Of a stretch of DNA of 19,926 bases, positions 8,127 through 16,235 are shown piece by piece; positions within the stretch are counted from its first letter, which is position 1; every line of letters begins with the position of its first letter. The notes beneath the pieces are model-generated. The model searched no databases, was not told the origin of the DNA, and saw only the letters and a list, made by a program, of their open reading frames with translations. The translations under genes were made by a program, and so were the position numbers. The DNA comes from Bdellovibrionia bacterium (GTDB lineage: Bacteria > Bdellovibrionota > UBA1018), in NCBI GenBank assembly GCA_049424145.1, contig JBMSSC010000041.1, positions 1 to 19,926 of the forward strand, given 5' to 3'.

Positions 8127-10727
8127 ATGAGCAATCCAAAAAATGACTCCAAAAGTGACCAAAAAGGGGATCGCGATAAGAAATGGGTGGCTCTTAAAGT
8201 CCCCCTGCTTCCGTTGCGAGATGTGATTATCTTTCCACATATGATGGTGCCTCTGTTTGTCGGTCGAGAGAAGTCCATCAATGCTTTAGATGAGTGCATG
8301 AATCGAAAGATGGATCTTTTCTTAGTGGCTCAGCGACAAGCCACTACGGTTAGTCCGGGAGAAAAAGACATCTTCACGGTGGGCACGCTTGGAACGATTC
8401 GTCAGTTCTTAAGACTGCCCGATAATACGGTCAAGGTCATCATTGAGGGAAAGAAGCGCGCTCGCATCTTAGCCTATCATGAAAACGATCGAATGATTGA
8501 AGCAGAGGTTGAAGAACTCGGCGACGTGATTGAAAGCACGGTTGAGCTTGAGGCCTTAGTTCGTTCCTTGAAAGCCACGTTTGAAAACTATGTGAAGCTC
8601 AATAAACGAATTCCCCCTGATTTGCTCATGAAGGTGAACTCGATTGAGGACCCCTCTTGTTTAGCCGATCTGGTGGTCGCACACATGAACCTGAAGCTGG
8701 AGGAGAAGCAAGAGATCCTTGAAGTGCAGGATCCTGGAAAGCGGCTTGAGAAGCTCCTTCAACTCATGCAAGGGGAGATTGAAATTCTCCAAGTCGAGCG
8801 GCGCATTCGCTCGCGTGTGAAAAAGCAAATGGAGCGCTCCCAGAAGGAGTACTATTTAAACGAGCAAATGCAGGCGATTCAAAAGGAGCTCGGTGAAAAG
8901 GATGAGTTCAAAGCCGAGCTTCAAGCCCTAGAAAAGCAGATTCGCGCCAAAGCCATGAGCAAAGAGGGTAAGGAAAAAGCCACGCGCGAGTTAAAGAAGC
9001 TGCGAATGATGTCCCCCATGTCGGCTGAGTCCACCGTGGTGAGAAATTACATTGATTGGCTCATTTGTCTGCCTTGGGCTGAGTACACGCAGGATCGAAA
9101 TGATCTGAAGGTGGCCCAAGAGGTCTTAGACGAGGATCACTATGGGTTAGAAGAAGTCAAAGAGAGGATCTTAGAGTACCTAGCGGTTCGTGTGCTGACG
9201 GATAATTCCAAAGGTCAGATCCTCTGTTTGGTGGGCCCTCCCGGAGTGGGGAAGACCTCCTTGGCTAAGTCCATTTCCAAGTCGCTCAATAAAAAGTTTG
9301 TCCGCTGTTCCTTAGGGGGGGTGCGAGACGAGGCTGAGATTCGAGGGCATCGCAGAACTTATGTGGGAGCGTTACCAGGAAAAATTATTCAGTCCCTCAA
9401 AAAGGCAGGCTCCTCCAATCCTGTTTTTCTCTTAGACGAAATCGATAAGATGAGCATGGATTTTAGGGGAGATCCCTCGTCTGCTCTCTTAGAAGTCCTG
9501 GATCCGGAGCAAAATCTCGCTTTTGGCGATCATTACTTAGAGGTGGATTACGATCTTTCGAAAGTGATGTTTGTTTTAACGGCCAACTCTCTTTATACGA
9601 TTCCCAAGCCCCTGTTGGATCGAATGGAAGTCATCAGTATCTCAGGATACACGGAGATTGAGAAATTCAATATCGTCAGGAAGTACCTGATCTCCAAGCA
9701 GATGTCCAATCATGGGCTTCAAGAGTCAGACCTCGAGGTCACCGATGGCGCAGTTTATGGGATGATTCGGAACTACACGCGAGAGGCCGGTGTGAGAAAC
9801 CTGGAGCGCGTGGTGGCCACAGTTTGTCGAAAAGCTGCTCGAAAAATCGTCGAGGGCAGGCTCTTGGAGTCTTCCTCTCAGGCGGTTGTTCCTGCCCAAA
9901 AGACTCGCTCCAAGGGGGCTACCTCCAAGGCAAGCCCTGTTGCTTCTTCTCCGGCGCCGTTGGCTTCCGACCTAAAAGCGAAGATCGTCGTCGGGGAAAC
10001 CGAGCTTGAAGAGCTCCTAGGACCAGCCAAATACACGGTGAGCAAGGCCGAAGAGCAAAACGAGGTGGGCTTAACCAATGGTCTGGCTTACACGGATGCA
10101 GGCGGCGATATGCTTCAAATTGAAGTGAGCGTGGTGCCTGGAAAAGGTCAGATTAAGATCACCGGCAAATTAGGGGAAGTGATGCAGGAGTCAGCCGTAA
10201 CGGCAATGAGTTATGTTCGCTCACGGGCTTCTTTGATGGGCCTGGAGAAGGATTTTTATCAGAACATTGATATTCATCTGCACGTGCCTGAGGGTGCGGT
10301 TCCCAAGGATGGACCTTCAGCAGGGATTACGATGACGACCGCCATCACCAGTGCCTTGTTAAAAATCCCCGTGAAGCGCAACATTGCCATGACAGGCGAG
10401 GTGACGCTGCGAGGACGGGTGCTACCGATTGGTGGGCTCAAAGAGAAACTTTTGGCTGCCAAGATTGGGAACATCACCACCGTGATTATTCCCAAGGGGA
10501 ACCTTGCGGATCTGAAGAAAGTCTCCGATGAGATTAAATCCGGAATGACAATCATCCCAGTGGACCAGGTGGATGAGGTCTTAAGGCTGGCTTTGGACTT
10601 GGATGCTCCAGAGACCTTTTTGGCGAAAAAAGAGACCGCTGAAGTGGCCTTAGATAAAATCAATCCGGTTGAACTCGTCTCCCACGAAGAAGCCAAGAAA
10701 GAAACGCCTGCTGCAGTGAAGCACTAG
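8127..10727 (+). CDS. lon: Lon (La) ATP-dependent protease
   Basis: LPLRD N-domain, [24 protein letters not shown] (catalytic Ser) and GGLKEK (Lys). SD GGGAG upstream. Confidence 0.98.
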   Translation: MSNPKNDSKSDQKGDRDKKWVALKVPLLPLRDVIIFPHMMVPLFVGREKSINALDECMNRKMDLFLVAQRQATTVSPGEKDIFTVGTLGTIRQFLRLPDNTVKVIIEGKKRARILAYHENDRMIEAEVEELGDVIESTVELEALVRSLKATFENYVKLNKRIPPDLLMKVNSIEDPSCLADLVVAHMNLKLEEKQEILEVQDPGKRLEKLLQLMQGEIEILQVERRIRSRVKKQMERSQKEYYLNEQMQAIQKELGEKDEFKAELQALEKQIRAKAMSKEGKEKATRELKKLRMMSPMSAESTVVRNYIDWLICLPWAEYTQDRNDLKVAQEVLDEDHYGLEEVKERILEYLAVRVLTDNSKGQILCLVGPPGVGKTSLAKSISKSLNKKFVRCSLGGVRDEAEIRGHRRTYVGALPGKIIQSLKKAGSSNPVFLLDEIDKMSMDFRGDPSSALLEVLDPEQNLAFGDHYLEVDYDLSKVMFVLTANSLYTIPKPLLDRMEVISISGYTEIEKFNIVRKYLISKQMSNHGLQESDLEVTDGAVYGMIRNYTREAGVRNLERVVATVCRKAARKIVEGRLLESSSQAVVPAQKTRSKGATSKASPVASSPAPLASDLKAKIVVGETELEELLGPAKYTVSKAEEQNEVGLTNGLAYTDAGGDMLQIEVSVVPGKGQIKITGKLGEVMQESAVTAMSYVRSRASLMGLEKDFYQNIDIHLHVPEGAVPKDGPSAGITMTTAITSALLKIPVKRNIAMTGEVTLRGRVLPIGGLKEKLLAAKIGNITTVIIPKGNLADLKKVSDEIKSGMTIIPVDQVDEVLRLALDLDAPETFLAKKETAEVALDKINPVELVSHEEAKKETPAAVKH

Positions 10728-10921
10728 GTTTCGTTTCACAGCGGCTAGTCTCTTTTTTTGATCGCTCGACGCTTAGTCAGGGGCATTTCTTGCGCTTGGC
10801 CTGAGGCTGGTGTATGCCCAAAAGAGAAGCTGATTTTTCGGGGGTGGGAGATTCTTATCCAAAAGTCATTGATCCTATGGGACACGGGACTTCGAGCCTA
10901 TGAGCTTGAGTATGAGGTTTC

Positions 10922-10950
10922 TTCATTCTTCGTTCAATCAGACCTAAAAT
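10922..10950 (+). promoter_or_regulatory. sigma70-like promoter ahead of the structured RNA and the 11148 gene
   Basis: TTCATT (10922-10927), 17 bp, TAAAAT (10945-10950). The predicted start near 10956-10957 coincides with the 5' end of the fold-back. Confidence 0.45.
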
Positions 10951-10955
10951 GAACA

Positions 10956-11102
10956 GGCCAACACCAGGAGAGACGTAGGGCCTTCTAAAGCCCGATAGGA
11001 CCTTCGTTTGCTGAGGGTTCCTGTACGCAGTTTTTTGATTCTGGGCTGAGAAAGTCGTTGGGCCCTACTTTTTGTGGAGTGGGTTTTGGTGAATCAAAGG
11101 CC
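10956..11102 (+). ncRNA. Putative structured RNA or cis-regulatory leader, family unassigned
   Basis: Nested stems: GTAGGGCC (10975-10982)/GGCCCTAC (11061-11068); AGCCC (10989-10993)/GGGCT (11043-11047); AGGACCTTC (10997-11005)/GAGGGTTCCT (11013-11022). Weaker outer pairs CACCA/TGGTG and GGCC/GGCC. Confidence 0.4.
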
Positions 11103-11147
11103 ATGGCGTGAGTCAGAGAAAAAAAGTCAGAAAGGAGCAAAGACAGA

Positions 11148-12107
11148 ATGGGGAGCAAAAAGTGGATTCAGTCTGTAGGGGTGGCTTTGGCAGTTTTGAT
11201 GGCCCAAAGTGCAGGGGCATCGATGGGATTGCGGACTCTCAAGGGCGAGGTAAGTCGCATGAGTCGTCTGAGACCCGCGCGTAAAGCTGTGCCTCGAGCT
11301 CAGGCGGAGCGAGCCTTTCAAGAAAGCATTTCTGCGGATGATTTTTTCTGTTTTAATTCGTTTAGTCCAGGTCTTCAAGCGATTGCCCAGGAGTTTATCT
11401 TTCAATCCCTCAAGCAGTCCATCGGGTCATCGATGATGCAAACCCATGATGGGCAGAGATGTTTTTACGCGCTTCATTCCCGTTCTTCCAATGACTGCAT
11501 AGACTGCAATCCCTCCTCTGATTTTCAGCAGTCCTCAGAGGACTCTTATCCTGCAATTCCAACGCGCGATCCCATCGCGTCGGTTGATTCAGTGGATTCT
11601 ACCCATGGTTCGAGCTCCGATGACAAACTGCAGTCCATGCCCGGGTCTTCTTCCTCGGGTCAAAACGAAGGAGCCCAGGCTCTGCTGGCCCGCTCCTTTG
11701 CTCTGGTGCCGATTGATTTTCATCCCACACGCGCGGAGCTATCCAAGGAACAGATCATTGAGCTCCTTGAGTCCGAGCAATCCGGGCAACTCCCAGGTGT
11801 CAGACTTGAGGTCTTCCTCAGAAGTCCAAAGGGCGCTCAGAGTGGGGATCTAGGCTCTCAAGAATCTGCGCAACTTTTGCTTCAGAATTTAAGGGAATCT
11901 TCCGGTGAAATCCTCGCTGAGTCCACCGCATTATTTGAGGAGGAGCTGGGCCTGAGTGTCTATCGGGTGTTTCAAGTCTCAGGCCCACTGGATGAGCCAA
12001 GACTCACTTGGATTGCTCAATTGGCTTTCGTATCCGGTGCCAAGGCTCAGATCAGTCGAGAAGAGGTTTGCTCTCGTTCTCGGTGCCAAGCTTTGGGCTC
12101 CATCTGA
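11148..12107 (+). CDS. Secreted hypothetical protein; C-terminal domain resembles a subtilase propeptide (I9-like)
   Basis: 319-aa ORF with SD AAGGAG and a Sec signal (MGSKKW-hydrophobic-AGA). Six Cys including CIDC, a Ser/Asp-rich linker, and a terminator-like hairpin after the stop. The domain call is by pattern only. Confidence 0.75.
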   Translation: MGSKKWIQSVGVALAVLMAQSAGASMGLRTLKGEVSRMSRLRPARKAVPRAQAERAFQESISADDFFCFNSFSPGLQAIAQEFIFQSLKQSIGSSMMQTHDGQRCFYALHSRSSNDCIDCNPSSDFQQSSEDSYPAIPTRDPIASVDSVDSTHGSSSDDKLQSMPGSSSSGQNEGAQALLARSFALVPIDFHPTRAELSKEQIIELLESEQSGQLPGVRLEVFLRSPKGAQSGDLGSQESAQLLLQNLRESSGEILAESTALFEEELGLSVYRVFQVSGPLDEPRLTWIAQLAFVSGAKAQISREEVCSRSRCQALGSI

Positions 12108-12110
12108 GTG

Positions 12111-12142
12111 CCTCAGGGTTGACCACCTGAGGGTTAATTTTT
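12111..12142 (+). terminator. Probable intrinsic terminator
   Basis: CCTCAGG (12111-12117), 8-nt loop, CCTGAGG (12126-12132), then GTTAATTTTT. Begins 3 nt after the stop codon. Confidence 0.6.
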
Positions 12143-12332
12143 AGTCATCGGGTTGAGATTCTCTGCAGAGTGAGTGTTGATGGGAGCCCCTTGATGACTC
12201 CTGATAGTGAAAAAAAGGGTGCTTCGAGGGTCTTCTGTTCTTTTGCCTGAACCTGCTTTTGTCTCCAGTTTAGATTCGATTTGGATTAAGTTTAAAGTTG
12301 ACGCGGTCCCCTTTTTTTGAGAGCTGCGATTC

Positions 12333-14957
12333 ATGGGTCGTTTCTTTTTGTCTCCTTGGATCACGCAAAGCTTTTTTTGGGTCTTCTTTTTTTTCTTCTC
12401 TTTTGTGACTCGAGCTGAAATTGGATTCTTAGAGATGAAGGGGGTTCATCAGTACATACGCCCTCAGTTTGAGTACCTCTCGCCGGTTTATGGTTTTGTT
12501 TTTTTAAAAAGTGGAGCCCTTCGTAATCTGAGATTTTATGGGAATTACACCGTGCCTGAGGCCTTAGGTGAGAAGGTTGCGGCGCGAGACGCTACGGCCT
12601 TGCTCCTGCAATTGCTTTTTCCTTCACCGGATGGAACAACGCTGGTGCCGAGTCAAGTTCCCAGTCAGGCCGTTACCCATTTTTCTAGTAAGACCATTGG
12701 AAAGCTTCTGAGTTTTGCAATGAGAGTGAGAGTGGATCCGTGGGCGCATTCTGATGAGCAATGGGAATCGGATCTGGTGGATCTTTTGATGAAGGATTTT
12801 AGTGAAGAGGAAGAGTCCGATCAAACTGATCTTCTTTTTTTTCCAGTCACCTTGACGGCAGCCGAAGTGATGGATGACGCAGCCAAAATGGAAACCGTAA
12901 AGAAGCAGAGAAACTGGAAGAAAAAGCACTTTAAACGATTTGCGTCAGCTTGGATTGGAGCCATATATGAAAGCCTGTTGCAAGCGCCTGCTCACTATGC
13001 GCCCTATACTCCTGAGCATGCCTTACTTTCATTTTTTTGGCTCAGGGGGACCTCTAAGCGAGATTTTCTCTCTCTTTTTAAACACATGGATTCCGCTCTC
13101 AGTGATTCAGGGCTGAGACTATCGACTGATCGCGCTTTGCAGAGGCAGTTTCTCTCTTATCGTGCAGTTTACACACCTCAAGATTATCGACTCTGGAGTT
13201 CTCGAATCGATCAGCTCAAAAAGGGGTTTTTCCTTGGGGACGACTTAAGGAATCAGTTTGTTACATTCCTTTTAGATGATCCCGAGCAAACCGCAGTCAT
13301 GAGTTATTACTCCTATTTATACAGTAATCAGTTCCCTCCACTAATTCCTTATGGAATTTCTCATTTTGATGATCCTATTTCTCATGAGAATAAAGTTTAT
13401 GCTGATTGTGGTGAGACTTCGGTTTTAAACTTCATGAACTATTTTGTGTATGATCATGAGTCCCAGGCGCTGGATGTGGGAGTTCTTCTTCAGGCCGCAA
13501 AAAAGAGGGGTCTTGTTTTAGATGAGCGGTTAGTTCAATTTTATTCAAAAAACAAAGATATCTTCAATTTAAAAAAACAGGAGCTTCGAGAGGAGTGGAG
13601 CACGAGCGTCATTGCTGGTTTACCTGATGCTCGAATCATCTACCAGCAGCAAAACTGTGAGCTTGGGGTTGGCCTTGCCAATGTGATTCGGATTTTTAAG
13701 AACCTCATCTTTAGTCGGGATCCTGATTTTGAGGGGCTGAAAAAGTCTCAACAGTTAGATCGCATCTGTGAGTTCTTCTCCTCGGACTCCAGAGTGGTGA
13801 GCTGGGCTGAGAAGCCCTTTCGTCAGGTGGATCGAATAGCAAATCCACAGACGACGTATGCATTTGGGAGCGCAAAACTGGTCGACCAAATAGATAAGGA
13901 TTTAGAGCTCGAGTTTTTCGTGAATGGAACTCCCCTTTTTGCTTATTACTTCATGCCCAGGCATTTTTCGATTACGGACCAGAGCCCAAGAAAGATGATT
14001 GAGCATCAGACCGTCATTTTCGATGCTCTTTTTCGAGAGCTTCAAATTCGAACCGGGCTTCAGATTTCCTCTCAGCCTCAGGCCAATTTACTCTATCTCT
14101 TTGTCAACGCGGAGGCCTTAAAGCGAATTCGTTGGAGAAATAGCTCGTATCCCACGAGCAAGCGCTTAAGCGCAGAGCCTCTCATGCAGCAATTGCTCTA
14201 TGCTCAGTCTTTCGTCTCGATCGATTCCAAGAAGCAGGCAATCAAAATGATTCTTCAAGAGGACTTAAGAAATCTTGAACCTTTGGCCGAGAAGCTGATG
14301 ATGGAGGTGCTCGAGCAGGAGCCTTATTTTTTTCTGTCTCTGCTGAATGAGGGACGACTTCATCGGTGCTCGTTCATTGAAACCATCGCTCGGCTCTGCC
14401 TGAGGTTGATTAAGGCTCCTGATTACCAGCGTTCCCTGACCTATCTTTCCATCATTCAAGGGTATGAAGCGCTGTCTTCGTACTTGTTAAAAAGTCTTGA
14501 TCTGAGCGGGGCGTCCTTGCGAGATGATCAAGGTCGAAATCCTCTTCACTGGGCCGTGTTTTCAGGGTCCCTTCGTGTGGTTCAAGCCGTGATTGAAAAG
14601 TACGGTGTGCAACTCTTAAAAGACACCGATCAGCTGGCGTTAACCCCAATTGAACTCAGTCAGGCCCTCCATCAGGGTGAGATTGAAGGATATTTTAGGG
14701 CTCTCTGGGAGGAGGTGTTTTCCCAAGAATCTTTTCCTCGCTTGTCGCTCACTCATCCGTTTGTTCCTCCTACATCCACTGGGATTCAGTCGCTTTATGG
14801 TTTGAAAAATATTCTTCAAGCAACACCTGAGCCTCAGCAATGGCAAGGCTTAAAAGCGCCGATTTTAAGACGAGGCGTTCTTCCGCCTAGGAGTCCCTCA
14901 TGGGGCTGGGGAGCTCGCCCTGTCGTAAAGGTTCATCGCGGGTTTGGGGTTCGCTAA
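12333..14957 (+). CDS. Large secreted hypothetical protein with a DCGET motif and C-terminal ankyrin repeat(s)
   Basis: 874-aa ORF. Phe-rich signal-peptide-like N-terminus ending TRA. Ankyrin consensus DDQGRNPLHWAVFSGSLRVVQAVIE followed by DQLALTPIELS (about 14520-14700). Confidence 0.85.
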   Translation: MGRFFLSPWITQSFFWVFFFFFSFVTRAEIGFLEMKGVHQYIRPQFEYLSPVYGFVFLKSGALRNLRFYGNYTVPEALGEKVAARDATALLLQLLFPSPDGTTLVPSQVPSQAVTHFSSKTIGKLLSFAMRVRVDPWAHSDEQWESDLVDLLMKDFSEEEESDQTDLLFFPVTLTAAEVMDDAAKMETVKKQRNWKKKHFKRFASAWIGAIYESLLQAPAHYAPYTPEHALLSFFWLRGTSKRDFLSLFKHMDSALSDSGLRLSTDRALQRQFLSYRAVYTPQDYRLWSSRIDQLKKGFFLGDDLRNQFVTFLLDDPEQTAVMSYYSYLYSNQFPPLIPYGISHFDDPISHENKVYADCGETSVLNFMNYFVYDHESQALDVGVLLQAAKKRGLVLDERLVQFYSKNKDIFNLKKQELREEWSTSVIAGLPDARIIYQQQNCELGVGLANVIRIFKNLIFSRDPDFEGLKKSQQLDRICEFFSSDSRVVSWAEKPFRQVDRIANPQTTYAFGSAKLVDQIDKDLELEFFVNGTPLFAYYFMPRHFSITDQSPRKMIEHQTVIFDALFRELQIRTGLQISSQPQANLLYLFVNAEALKRIRWRNSSYPTSKRLSAEPLMQQLLYAQSFVSIDSKKQAIKMILQEDLRNLEPLAEKLMMEVLEQEPYFFLSLLNEGRLHRCSFIETIARLCLRLIKAPDYQRSLTYLSIIQGYEALSSYLLKSLDLSGASLRDDQGRNPLHWAVFSGSLRVVQAVIEKYGVQLLKDTDQLALTPIELSQALHQGEIEGYFRALWEEVFSQESFPRLSLTHPFVPPTSTGIQSLYGLKNILQATPEPQQWQGLKAPILRRGVLPPRSPSWGWGARPVVKVHRGFGVR

Positions 14958-15044
14958 GTTTCCTCGCTGAATTGTGCCCTGGGTTTTAATCTCTGCGCAG
15001 GCAGGGCGTGGTGTTATCGTGTGTCCAGTGGGTTCCTGGTTTTT

Positions 15045-15091
15045 TCCTTCCGTTCAGGCAAAGCGCATGTCGTCTTGCCTGAACGGAAGGA
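15045..15091. repeat. Perfect 17-bp inverted repeat with a 13-nt spacer
   Basis: TCCTTCCGTTCAGGCAA (15045-15061) and TTGCCTGAACGGAAGGA (15075-15091). Confidence 0.9.
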
Positions 15092-15186
15092 GTCCGATTT
15101 TCAAATCTCAGAGATGGGGCCTCTTTGTGGGAGTTTAAATTCTCGAATCGCAAAAATCCGCTTGGGGTGGGTTTGGTCTGGGATTG

Positions 15187-15209
15187 GAGTTCATAGACGA
15201 GTTCATAGA
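15187..15209. repeat. Tandem 11-bp direct repeat (12-bp period)
   Basis: GAGTTCATAGA-C-GAGTTCATAGA. Confidence 0.85.
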
Positions 15210-15259
15210 AATTTGGCTCCTGCCTTCTCTCTTTCGGTTCTTTTTCAACTTAATTTTCC

Positions 15260-15288
15260 TTGACCTCCAGTTCTAGGTCGTCTATGTT
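15260..15288 (+). promoter_or_regulatory. sigma70-like promoter, probably for the rpsL-rpsG-fusA operon
   Basis: TTGACC (15260-15265), 17 bp, TATGTT (15283-15288), preceded by an AT-rich UP-like tract. Composition switches from T-rich to A-rich just downstream. Confidence 0.55.
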
Positions 15289-15813
15289 TTGTCCCTTTAA
15301 TGTAGGAAAAGCCCCGATTGCAGTACCCAAACTCAGTTGAATTCATCCGGTTAAAAAGGGTAAAGCGATCTACTACTCAAGTCTTGAGCAAAATGTTCTT
15401 GATTTGGAGGTCTAAATTTCTTAGAAGGGTTCCCCAGGGAAAGCTCTTTTGAGAAGTCTGAAAAAGAGAAGGCCTTCCAAAAAAGAAATTCTCGATTCAG
15501 ACCGCCTTTTGAAGACGAGGTTAAAAGACGGGCTGACCAAAAAAGTTGAGGAGAAAGTCCAATAGGATCTCAAGTCTTAGAGGTCCAGGGCCTAAAAAGT
15601 TTGAAGCTGAGTTTTGTTTGATCAGGTTTTGAGCTTCTCTTTCAGTCCATAGAAGACAAAGAGCAAGCTTGGAAAAAGGGTTCAGAAGAAGTCGTGAGCC
15701 TAAAAAACCAGTCAACAAAGCAGGGTAAGAATAGAAAAAAAGCGTGTTAAAAAGCACACTTAAAGAAGCAATTGGTTTTAAGAAGAAAACTGACTGGAAA
15801 GGAAATGTAGTTC

Positions 15814-16206
15814 ATGCCTACGATTAATCAACTCATTCGAAAGGGCCGTTCAAACAAACTTTGGAAAACAAAGTCCCCCGCCCTTCAAAGCTGCCCACAG
15901 CGCCGTGGTGTCTGCACCCGTGTTTACACCACCACTCCGAAGAAACCCAATTCGGCTCTGCGTAAGGTGTGCCGCGTGCGTCTCACGAATGGGTATGAAG
16001 TCACTTCCTACATTCCAGGAATTGGTCATAACCTTCAGGAACACTCCATTGTGTTAATTCGTGGAGGCAGGGTGAAAGACCTTCCAGGGGTTCGATATCA
16101 CACGGTTCGTGGAACCTTGGATGCTCAAGGGGTGGCCAACCGCAAGCAAAGTCGCTCGAAGTATGGCGCAAAGAAAGCCTCTGCCGCTGCAGCTCCTGCG
16201 AAGTAA
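15814..16206 (+). CDS. rpsL: 30S ribosomal protein S12
   Basis: [22 protein letters not shown] and [19 protein letters not shown]. Confidence 0.99.
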   Translation: MPTINQLIRKGRSNKLWKTKSPALQSCPQRRGVCTRVYTTTPKKPNSALRKVCRVRLTNGYEVTSYIPGIGHNLQEHSIVLIRGGRVKDLPGVRYHTVRGTLDAQGVANRKQSRSKYGAKKASAAAAPAK

Positions 16207-16235
16207 TATTAATTTAATTAGAAGGAACGATTCAA

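Noticed and set aside
10758..10952. 64-aa ORF after lon, at the usual HU position
   Set aside because: TTG start, no SD, and no HU motifs.
10965..11140. Fragments resembling glycine (GGAGAGA, GAAAGGAGCAA), c-di-AMP (GTAGGGC...GCCCGA) or TPP (CTGAGA) riboswitches
   Set aside because: The other required conserved elements are absent or in the wrong order, and the second GGAG is the SD of the 11148 gene.
12178..12204. GATGGGAG...TGATGACTCCT resembling the fluoride riboswitch
   Set aside because: Too short to hold the intervening stems, and the downstream gene is not a fluoride-related family.
12242..15062. 11-bp inverted match TTTGCCTGAAC / GTTCAGGCAAA flanking the 874-aa gene
   Set aside because: Short enough to be chance; no target-site duplication or transposase seen.
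15400..15750. Frame in phase with rpsL that is interrupted mainly by TGA codons (recoding?)
   Set aside because: dusB and the 11148 gene end in TGA and Trp is TGG throughout, so the standard code applies. The translation is not recognisable.
15937..16080. Streptomycin-resistance changes in S12
   Set aside because: The PKKPNS and RVKDLP lysines are wild type.
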